A stretch of 64,000 bases of DNA from Haliotis rufescens (Eukaryota), in NCBI RefSeq assembly GCF_023055435.1, contig NW_025964388.1, positions 868,001-932,000 on the forward strand, in the 5' to 3' direction. This document shows positions 23,236 to 33,800 of the stretch, piece after piece (the first letter of the stretch is position 1; every line of letters starts with the position of its first letter). The translations under genes were made by a program, and so were the position numbers. A model generated the notes under the pieces. The model saw only the letters and a list, made by a program, of their open reading frames with translations. It did not search any database and was not told the origin of the DNA.

Positions 23236-24139
23236 TTAAATAGCTACAACTTCGCAGCTGAGATGGATATAGCAAGAGATAGAAGTGATGAAGCTACCAA
23301 AACAAATCTATGGGTCCAGGGTATTTATCATAATAGAATGAAGATATATAATACTAGATAATCGATAATGCATCTGATTGGTTATGAGATAACTACCCCT
23401 TGAAAATCCGGCTTAGAATTGGTCTTCAGCTGCCCATGCTTGTTGTAACAGGCAAGATCGGCTCGCTGACTTGGTTTATGCATGGCATCGCATACGTTTG
23501 CGTAGATCGATGTTCATGATGCCCATCACTGGATTTTCTGGTCCAGAATATTTACAGACATACGGCTGCAATATTGCTGAGCGCGGTGTTAAACAGCAAA
23601 CAAACAAAATAAGATAACACACACGTGACAACTACAAACTCTACCCGTCGGGGTATGATGACACACATTCAACCGCGTCACCGAGCTTGACCATCCGATT
23701 CATTTAACGCCTTTTACAACACGAAACCGACCATTTGACATTCTGAGAGTTGGGTGGGGTTGGAGATCGTGTACCGATACCAGATATTTTTTCAGCTTCA
23801 AAGCCAGATATGTTTTTAATTGAAACTATGAAAAACTACATATTGTTTCTTTTAAATCACCTTGCAATAATGTAATATTTGAGGCTGACAATTATTTTTT
23901 CAACAGTCTAATTTATAATTATTTTTTCCGAGCATTTTCTGGGACAATATTTTGTCCAGTGACTATGTATTTTCTCTGTTGATGAAAATGGACAGAATTG
24001 GCTACTGTGCATCAAGTATATCCAACTGAAGGGGATAACATCAACAGTCATGCATGCGGACATGGCGTCAACTGTAGGGGGTGGTGCTCCTTCCTTCCAC
24101 TGTTAAGAGGCGAAGAGAGCGCCCGAAATATGATGCTAG

Positions 24140-25198
24140 ATAAGGAAGACCTTAAGGAAAATGCTGATAAAATACATGACATGATTATGGATGATCGACA
24201 ACTCACCACAAGTCACATAGCCAGACAATGGGCTTCTCTCGCGGGGGGGTGAGAACATTCTGAGGAATGCACTGGGCAGGACAAAGGTTTCAGCACGCTG
24301 GATTCCAAGGCTTCTGACTCCTGATTAGAAACGCCTCGGGTTCATATGTCATCGTTTTGAGACATATTTTAACCATTGATGACTCTTGGGTTCACCATTG
24401 TCAAGCAGAGACGAAACAACAGTCGAAACATCTAACGTCTCCGAAAAAGCAAGGCCTGTCAAGGTGATTGATGGCTTCGTGTTTCTGGGATTCCAAGCGA
24501 TTCCTACTGGTGGACTACCTCCCGAAAGGTCAGACCAATAATGGCCGATAAACTGCACCGATAACTGTGTGAAAATACCAAGGCTAAAGTTGTGCATAGA
24601 TCACTTAAGGGGTTTTGTTCCACCATGACAACACACCTGTGCCAAAGTCTGTTGTCGCTGTTGCTGAAATACATGACTGTGGCTTTGAATTCATGAAGCA
24701 TCCTCCGTATATACCAAATTTGGCACTGCCACTTTTCCACCGTCCAAACTTGGAAAAAAAGAACTGTGTGGCAAATATTATGAAAATGATGATAACGTCA
24801 TTTCTGCTGTGGGTGAACATTCACACCACCAAGAGGACGCCTTCAACACAAATGAGATCCAGCAGAGACCATAAAATAGAATCTAAGAACATCTAGAAAT
24901 AAAATCTATTTTATGGTTTCTGGGTCCAGCATCGTTGGCAGAAGTGTTTGGACCTCGGAGGGGATTGATGCTGAAAAATAATTAGCAAGTTCCAGCGTTA
25001 GAAATTGGCACTAGTCCTTTAGTCCTTGCCAAAATGCCCAGTAGTTAAGGTAACATAAGGACAAGTAGAAATTTGCCATTTTAAAGGGTTTTGTTGTATC
25101 TTATCAATAAAAGACTGGTGGACTAAAAATGTTAGTTACCACCGCAAGATCAACGCAATCCATCAAAGTGTAGTCTCGGAACTTTTCACACACTCGTA
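24140..25198 (+). mobile_element. Degraded mariner (DD34D-type) transposase fossil
   Basis: Frameshifted fragments KIHDMIMDDRQLT, KVSARWIPRLLT (WVPHEL-like), TIDDSWVHH, LFHHDNTP, HPPYIPNLA (HPPYSPDLAP-like) and QHRWQKCLDLGG. A TIR-like end AACTTTTCACACACTCGTA lies near 25180-25198. Confidence 0.85.
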
Positions 25199-26465
25199 TA
25201 TACTTTGTCATATTGCTGTTGGAACAATGAATACTGCAGCGTTAAACAACAAACACAAACGACTGGTGTAGCATGGTATGCTATATTATCGCGGTAGTTA
25301 ATTTATAATGGATCGTAATGGCGAACCCAAATCCCGAATCCCGGTTCGCCCGATTATGTTTCTAGGTTTGTCAGCAACATACCCGTGCTCGTGGGTTTCA
25401 CCGAAGTGGTAAACGTCTGAGACCTGCATCACTTCGGGCTTAAATAATTGAAAAATATGAAAAGACAATAGTTGAGCATATCGTCATTGCATATGTATAG
25501 TTTCAATTTCGGATAATTCATCGGGTTTGTATGGTGGCATGTGTGGGTCTGCGTATGTGTGTGTGTGTGTGTGCGTGTGTGTGCACTGTGTGACACTATG
25601 CAGTCCTCCCATGTCTTCGCGTTCTTTGAAAGGTTGATAATTTCCTAAATGGGGATCCTGTTGGGATTCTTGTGCAGACGAGATCTCCATGCAGGACGCC
25701 ATGTTTGTGAGCTCCGTCAAATACAGGCCAGGGATTACAATGATGTGTCAACGTGTCCTGTTTGATTGTTTGTTTGTTGTTTAACGCCGCACTCAGCAAT
25801 ATTCCAGCTATATGACGTCGGTCTGTAAATCGAGTCTTACCGGATACAATCAAGTGACTCACATCATGAGCATTGATCTACGAAAATGGAATACGATGAC
25901 ATCCATCAACCAAGTCAGCGAACCTGACCATGCACCCGATCCCGTTAGTCGCCTCTTACGACAAGCAATGCCGCCTCTATTGAAAAACATGGGTTGCAGA
26001 AGACCTACTCTAACCCGGATCTTCACGGGTCCAACTTGTCCTGACTTTGGTGTAAAAAAACATTGATTCAATGTCGAAATAAGTAGAACAAGAAAAAAAG
26101 TGAGCGTGGCTCACTAATACTCCCGACCCGCCTAGTGTGTCAATAGTTTCAAATTAAATAGCGAGGATAGGGTTAGGGTTTGAAAAATTCATTCAGAAAA
26201 TGGAAAATTAATAAAAACAATTGTTTTCTTTTGACTGCACCCCTCCATATGACACAGATTATATGTACTAAGTTTGAGATGAATCCACTGAATAGTTTAA
26301 GAAAAATTGCGCGGACAAAGTTTTCGGACGGACGTTAGCTTGTTTTTGAAAAATAAATATGTTCAACAAGTAATATAGAAAAAAAGGCCTTACCATGTGA
26401 CAGATGGAGTTTTACTGATACGCTTCATAATGTAATCATGCACATATAAGCATGGCCCTAGATTT

Positions 26466-26505
<40 letters not shown>

Positions 26506-27003
26506 GTTTATCGTCAAAGAAACGTCTAGTCAAAAATAATTGCAAAAGATGACACCATTTATATTCAGAAATGTTGGCAAAACTAGAAGAAGGAATATAG
26601 ATCTAGTTTGCCCGGGGCGATTGTGTCGCCTTACTCCACGGAGATCGACGATGATGAACCACTTGTTTGTCTCGTCCAGATTCGATTATTTACAGGTGGC
26701 AGTAGGCGAATCTAGCTGGGCCATGGATGCGGTGTACCATGGCTTCATGGTACGCACTGAGTCACTGACAATATTTCCTCTTTGGTCACCACTCGGGTTA
26801 TTCCGGGGCAAGCACATTGCATACGTATTTTTTTAGATAATTTTATTTCTGGGACTTAGTGTCTCCGTCACACTTGCATTTTTCCGTAACCTTCCAGACT
26901 CGCAATGGCAAGAGAAGGGTAAAGCAGAGTTACGGGCCCTTACGATGAGCTGCGATTGCATCCGGCCAAGGCAAGGCAAAGCCGGGCCCCTTCTCTTTAT
27001 ATC

Positions 27004-27099
27004 CAATCACATTAAAATCAGATCTTAGTTCTTGCTGCCGATAAACAAAGATCTTTGTTTAGCGGTAGCGAGAACTAAGATCTGATTTTAATGAGATTG
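27004..27099. mobile_element. Internally collapsed copy of the 70-530 MITE (96-bp near-perfect palindrome)
   Basis: The two TIR ends are fused at a shared AGATCT. Flanks CTTTATATC and ATTTATATC form a 9-bp TSD with 1 mismatch. Confidence 0.85.
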
Positions 27100-27539
27100 A
27101 TTTATATCACAATTTTATTAATTTTTCTTTTTAATCTTGTCTTATCAGAAAATCACTTAACAAGTGTGGAACTTGCATATACATTACAGCTAAACGACTT
27201 CCCGTATTTTTTCATTGCGACGTCTCTCTGCATTCGTGACCAACTCGAGTTATTCCGGGACAAACAGAATAGCGACTCGTGCCCCTCTCATGGCCATTTT
27301 TGCGACCGGGTTCCGTCTTAGCGCAAACGGGCATACCTACGACAATTGTCAACTCGTTGCGTAATGGTTCACATATTATTTCCCCATGTATTATCTATAT
27401 TTCAGATGCAATTTAAAGCACATTGGGACGTGCGGAATTATACAGTATGATTGAACACATTTAACTGTATCTTGGGTATATTTTTAGATCAGAGATATTT
27501 CTGAGGGATTTATTGACGAAGAAAATGAAATCATACGCG

Positions 27540-28004
27540 CATTCTGATTGGTTTGTCGTATTTTCGCACATAACATTTATCGAGGGGTGGGGGGTGGGTG
27601 GGGGGGGGGGTGGGGGGAGTCTTCTTGCAGGCTACGGAAAGGGGCGAGTGGTGACGAATGAGTCCAGCAAAGTAAACCGGTTGTGACGTCAAGTTAGAGT
27701 CGGACAAGCTCCACCCCTGCACCAATCGATGGCCAAGATCAGCTTAGAGGGAAGGAGATATCGCTGTGAGGAGCTTCCAATGGGACACGCTTTCAGTCTA
27801 AAATTAGTAACAGGGGGATTTCCCATGCATATCGAAACCAGGAAATTGTCGTCGACATATCTTTGCTCTCGCAACTGCGTTTTATAATGTTTCATGATAA
27901 TCCGAAGATACAGGTGTCAATATAAACAATCCCTTAGCCTGTCAACACCGTGGCAACTGTAGAGAGGACGGATACAGATTTGATTTTTATACTGAAACGA
28001 ACAG
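27540..28004 (+). promoter_or_regulatory. Putative caspase promoter and non-coding first exon
   Basis: CpG-rich stretch with CCAAT/ATTGG boxes (~27547, 27722, 27777), a G-rich GC-box tract, CRE TGACGTCA (27684-27691), kappaB site GGGGATTTCC (27814-27823) and donor CAG|GTAACA at 28004. The next acceptor, cttttcag|, is at 30848, just before the caspase ATG. Confidence 0.55.
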
Positions 28005-28442
28005 GTAACACGAACCAAGGGCTCGTGGGCAAGTCCCGCGGATCTGTAGTTGAATGGATCACAATTCGCTGATGTGTGTTTTCTTGCTTTCCGAAAACAA
28101 TGATCGATTAGATATTGACCATGGTTATTACTACACTGACTTTTGCACCATGATTTTCAAACTCCATAGTCAGATTACAAATTACAGAATACCGTGGAAG
28201 TTGTATTTATGTTTATGTTTAACCTTGTTCTGGGTTATTTACCTTAAATTGAAGACACACCTTGTTTTTGTGTTGTATTGTTGAGAGTTAGTATTTATTA
28301 GCCATGTATTAGCAACCAGTGGAGGCCAGATAGTAACAGCAGAGCAGTATGAAGCAATGATTTCATAGCTAGGGTTGTAAATTGAAGTCATGTTTTTTCA
28401 GGTGTTTATGGAGTGTATTTTTAACAATGTGTATATTCCTAA

Positions 28443-28873
28443 TGTAGCAGGGCGTGGAGTCATCCCACAGATGACATCCTTACCTTGTCAGCTTGCTGAT
28501 GGGGTTAACATCTTTGGTCATGTGGACAAGGTGTCCGACCTCTGATCAGAAGGTCCGTGGTTTCGAAATCCAATCACGGGACTCTGAAATTTTATGGCCG
28601 CTACATTGGCGCCAAACGTGGGGCTGAGCACGTTCATATTAAATTTGAGCAAAATAAGCATTAGTACCCTACTATGCAGCCCGGGACGTGCCTTCTGTTG
28701 ACGGGGGAGTATGTAGCAGGGCGTGGAGTCATCACTCAGATGACATCCTTACCTTGTCAGCTTGCTGATGGGTCTAACCTCTTTGGTAATGTTGACAAGG
28801 TGTCCGATCTCTGATCAGAATGTCTGTGGTTTCGAATCCCATCACGGGACTCGGAGATTTTATGGCCGCTACA
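28443..28873 (+). mobile_element. TRIM (miniature LTR retrotransposon) with tRNA-like sequence in its LTRs
   Basis: Direct repeats 28443-28605 and 28712-28873, both TGTAGC...GCTACA. PBS TGGCGCCAAACGTGGGGC at 28607-28624, one mismatch to the tRNA-Lys1,2 PBS. Polypurine tract GACGGGGGAGTA before LTR2. Flanks CCTAA and CCTAC. Confidence 0.88.
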
Positions 28874-29021
28874 CCTACAGTGACTGTGTTTACTGAGCTT
28901 TGGTTGATGGCATCACTTCCCTTCCACTTCATTTTTGTACATGTGTATGTGTGACCCTGTGGGGATTCTCTGGTAGCAGATAATTGTCTCCCCATGGGTA
29001 TGTGGCAAGGATAGGTTCTAT

Positions 29022-29850
29022 GTACCCCATGATTGTCTCCCTGTGGGGATTCCAGGCCAGAATAAAGTTCTCCAGTACCCCATGGTGGCCTCCTTGTGGG
29101 GATTCCAGGCCAGAATACAGTTCTCCAGTACCCCATGATTGTCTCCCTGTGGGGATTCCATGCCAGAATACAGTTCTCCAGTACCCCATGTTTGTCTCCC
29201 TGTGGGGATTCCAGGCCAGAATACTGTTCTCCAGTACCCCATGTTTGTCTCCCTGTGGGGATTCCAGGCCAGAATGCTGTTCTCCAGTATCCCATGTTTG
29301 TCTCCCTGTGGGGATTCCAGGCCAGAATACAGTTCTCCAGTATCCCATGTTTGTCTCCCTGTGGGGATTCCAGGCCAGAATGCTGTTCTCCAGTACCCCA
29401 CGTTTGTCTCCCTGTGGGGATTCCAGGCCAGAATACTGTTCTCCAGTACCCCATGATTGTCTCCCTGTGGGGATTCCAGGCCACAGTTCTCCAGTACCCC
29501 ATGTTTGTCTCCCTGTGGGGATTCCAGGCCAGAATACAGTTCTCCAGTACCCCATGTTTGTCTCCCTGTGGGGATTCCAGGCCAGAATACTGTTCTCCAG
29601 TACCCCATGTTTGTCTCCCTGTGGGGATTCCAGGCCAGAATGCTGTTCTCCAGTATCCCATGTTTGTCTCCCTGTGGGGATTCCAGGCCAGAATACAGTT
29701 CTCCAGTACCCCATGTTTGTCTCCCTGTGGGGATTCCAGGCCAGAATACTGTTCTCCAGTACCCCATGATTGTCTCCCTGTGGGGATTCCAGGCCACAGT
29801 TCTCCAGTATCCCATGTTTGTCTCCCTGTTAGGATTCGAGGCCAGAATAG
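29022..29850. repeat. 53-bp minisatellite (~15-16 copies) in the putative first caspase intron
   Basis: Unit CCCCATGTTTGTCTCCCTGTGGGGATTCCAGGCCAGAATACAGTTCTCCAGTA, with some 47-bp variants. It is the source of the long repetitive ORFs in all frames. Confidence 0.95.
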
Positions 29851-30879
29851 ATCCCCAATTCTCCATGCTTGTTTCTCTGTTACCATGGTTACTCTTCCAG
29901 GCAAAATAGATCCCCAAGTTGATCTCATGCTTGTCTCAACAAACCTAATGCTTTAAATACTTCTCCAATCATATAACACTCATGAGCGAGATCAATTCTA
30001 TGCTAAGATACGAGCATGAAGGAGGTGACATCATTTCCAACACTAGGATATGTTGGCGATGTGGTCCAGGGTATTTATCATAATGGAATGGAAATATACC
30101 GGTAATACTCTGGATAATAAAGGATGGCCACAAATGATATTTCTTATGCCATCAACCATTTGCATCCCTTGCCTAAACATGATTATTGATAGACTTGCTG
30201 AAGACAATATATATCTTAACTGTGCAGAGCTCCAGATGAGCTGCGTATCTGCGTAAAATACGCATCAGAAATGCAGAAATACGCAGTAAAATAAAATCGA
30301 ACATTACAGATACGCTACAAAAATAAAACTTGTGCGTATCATCAAAATATTGTGAAGTAACCCTGCGTATTCGTTTAGCAAATCAGCAACTAATTTTGAA
30401 ATTATAAACGGGCATTCTGTCAACCTTGCCAAACTCCATGATGACAGTAAAATCATGATCATTTGCCATCACACTTTCTTGTGGAAGTATCGTGGTATTT
30501 TTGCGTCCTATAAAGCTCTCGAACCCACACGACACCAGTTTGCAGGGACTAGATGAAAAGTGTTTTTAAATATTTATTTTAAATACCAACATGTGTAAAA
30601 ACTAGTGGTAACAGAAATTTGAATACCCAGATAGAATTACTGATACCCAATGATTTTAAAATGCATGGGTAATAAACAACACTACCTCTTGTTGCTGATG
30701 TGATTGCTTTTTGTTGTCGAACTTTTTGTGAACTACAAATCAACTATGAATACATTAATCTTGACTGTTTACCGCAAAAATTAGTGATAAAAGTAATAAA
30801 AATAGTTTTTCCAATAAATCACATTTTAAGATGACAATTTCTTTTCAGGATATGGGTCAGCTGTGACTGCTGTTGAACA

Positions 30880-33800
30880 ATGGAAGAAGTTCAGAGAGAG
30901 GCTCTGAGACGGAGCCGAGTCTTCCTGGTGACCAATCTAATGCCCAACACTCTGTGGGACCACCTGGTTGAAAAAGGTGTCTTCACAGACATGATGTTGG
31001 AATATATCAAGGTTCGTTTCACACTCCGTCGCAGTGGTGACTCAGCATAACACCACTGCCACAGGCTAATTTGCATATCACGTGACCAGACTTTTCTCTT
31101 GTTTGTAAACAAACGCGCTTTTTCAGAAATCAGTATAGAACGGACTAATGCAAGTATTTGGGGGCGCTTTACATATTGTTTTGCATAACTATATAGACAT
31201 GCTACTACAACTGCGACAGTGAGTTGCATGACAATATATATTTATGCATCAAAGTGACCATGTCGCTACCTCTCCGTTGGGCTTCGATGACAGCACGTGG
31301 AGCCGTACAACCAATGTAAACATAGGATAACTACGCAAAAACAAGTAGATTTTTACGTATTTGCATACTTTCTCAATGAAAGTTAACCATTCTTTGACAT
31401 TTGTTTATGAAAATGTGTAGACTTGTCAAACATGAAACGGATGAAAAGCATATGCAATATCTTGAATGGACTGTGAAAGATGTGACGAATCGTCACATGG
31501 CGCTGGCCTGTGGCAGAGGTACTATGCTAGCTGGCTGCCGGCCGCATGGAACTCTGGCGCTGGCCTGTGGCAGAGGTACTATGCTAGCTGGCTGCCGGCC
31601 GCATGGAACTCTGGGTAGGAGAGTGGGTTCGTTTGTGGGGAGGATTTTGAGAAGGGTAGCCATGACAGATTTTTGATTATCTCTCCCTGATGAGACAGTG
31701 ACATAATTTTGAATTTTAAAATGCTAGGTTACCATGGTTACAGTTTTTGTCGTATCAAGCGCCCTGCTCCATAAGCAGCCAACTGACCCACTTGTGGATC
31801 AACCTGTTTGAAATAAAATATATTGCCAGGCTGCCATCAGGACCCTCAGACTTTAGAAGCTGCATGGTGTATTGTATTTTGACCTGGAATCCCCAAAGAA
31901 TCACACAGTTTAGAAATCTGAAATCTGATTGACTCCAAAGACTCGGGGGACACGGGGGCCCAGTCGTCTAAGGCGCCGCGATTCGCTGTGCAGAGTTGCG
32001 TCCCTTGGCATGCCAGAAACCTATGATTGTGGGTTCGGATCCCAGTTCGCCCCGATTATATTTCTAGGTTTGTCAGCACCATACCCGTGCTCGTAGGTTT
32101 CACCGAAGTGGTAAACGTCTGAGACCTGCATCACTTCAGGCTTACCTCCCACATTAAGCTGGCACGCCGCGATATGACTGGAATACTGTTAAAAGCGGCG
32201 TTAAACCCAACTCACTCACTCACTCCAAGGACCCATGCATCTTTCATTTAGATCGTGCAGACAAGATTTGTTCAGAGTTCACCTGAAGCGGTGAATAGGT
32301 AGACAGTTAGAATATCAGTGCAAAAGGTGAGGTGAGGTGCAGTGGGGTTTAACGTCGCATTCAAGATTATGGCACTTATATAGAGATGTGCATGCATGTG
32401 TGTGTGGCTGTTTGTTCTTGTCCATACTAATGCTGATTTTATAGTGCTAGCTGCTGTTTAACATGACTACCCTACTCAGACACAATATACAGACTCCGCG
32501 CCGACTAGTCCTTGTCTTAGCCCTATAATGCCGAGTGCCAGGTAAGGTTAAAACAAGTGCCATCTTTAAACGTCAATTGATATGACGCAGCCCAGGATCC
32601 AACACCCGACCTTCCGCTCTCCAGGTGGATGCTCTAATCCCTGAAAATGATAGGGGGCACGGGTTGCCCAGTCGTCTAAGGCGCCACTATTCGCTGTGCA
32701 GAGTTGCGTCCCATGGGCACGCCAGACACCTCTGATTGTGGGTTCGAATCCCAGTTCTCCCCGATTATGTTTCTGGGTTTGTCAGCACCATACCCGTTCT
32801 TGTGGGTTTCGCCTGAGACCTGCATCACTTCCGGCTTTCCTCCCACATTAAGCTGACACGCCATGATATAACTGGAATACTGTTAAGAGCAGCATTAAAC
32901 CCACTCACTCACTCACTCACTCACTGAAAATGGTAGGCATCGTTTAGGATCAAAACATCTGACTGTTATGCAATGGGAGCTCTAACAACTACTGACGGAG
33001 TTATTACCCTTCTTGTCTTTGTTCTGTTTAGTGCAAAACCCCCAGAAGTGAGCAGGTCCGAACTCTCCTGTCGGACTTGAACCGCCGACACCGAGGGGCA
33101 TACAGTGCTTTCCTGGAATGTTTGGAGGAAACGGGTCACGAACACTGTGCCCAACACATACGCGGCCATGAAATGAAATATCGTGTTGAGAAAGGGCTCG
33201 CTCCGGTAATGCAGGAGACGAGCTCAAACACCAGCAGTGAGCAGGCGCCTTCTGGGATGATTGTCGGTCAGACGGCCCAAGTGGTGACAACTTCGCCTCA
33301 TACGCAGCCCGTTGATGACGATGAAGATGTGGAGATGCTATTACAGGACAATCCTCAGTCGTCCACATCTCAATCAAGCTCAAGTGAACCTCGTAAGAAG
33401 ATTCTATTTAGCCTATTTATTTGTTCAAAGGTGCTAGAACCTAAATAAGAAGAGAATTTTAATACTGATTTTACTTATCTCATCCTACTGAGGTTTTTTT
33501 CTTTAAAAAAACAAAATCCCTAAACCAGTCATTAATATGAAAAAAGGTCTAGGGTATATTTTTGAATAAAACAACATGAGAAATGGTATTTTGTGTTTTG
33601 TATTCATCTGTATGATATTAGTTATCGATAGTATATTGGGACATCAAAGTTAATTATTGGTATTTCACCTGGTCATCGATGTTCTGCAATCATGGACAAT
33701 TGTGATGCATTGATAGTTTGATCAATTGTTATACCCTTACCTGTGCTTACCTGTATTTACCTGTGCTTACCTGTATTTACCTGTATTTCCCTATACGTAC

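Larger units (their letters stand above)
6226..23326 (+). repeat. Tandem array of four gene-containing units (~4.21, 4.02, 4.10, 4.77 kb)
   Basis: Units start at CCCAACAAGCACAC (6228, 10441, 14462, 18562). All three internal junctions read CAGGGTATTT|CCCAAC. Units are highly similar and differ mainly by small indels and 27-bp VNTR length. Confidence 0.95.

Noticed and set aside
22185-23275. Cys/Tyr-rich MLSCYCPTS repeat proteins, or a CRISPR-like array
   Set aside because: A simple head-to-tail 27-bp minisatellite with no unique spacers; ORF length just tracks copy number, and the context is eukaryotic.
25484-25720. Short minus-strand ORF as a possible exon
   Set aside because: It runs into a (CA)n microsatellite; no partner exons or recognisable motif.
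28774-29956. Long overlapping ORFs (up to 384 aa) on both strands
   Set aside because: Artefacts of a stop-poor 53-bp repeat whose period is not a multiple of 3.
31498-31612. Perfect 57-bp tandem duplication in a caspase intron with a small ORF
   Set aside because: A local duplication with no flanking splice signals or recognisable product.
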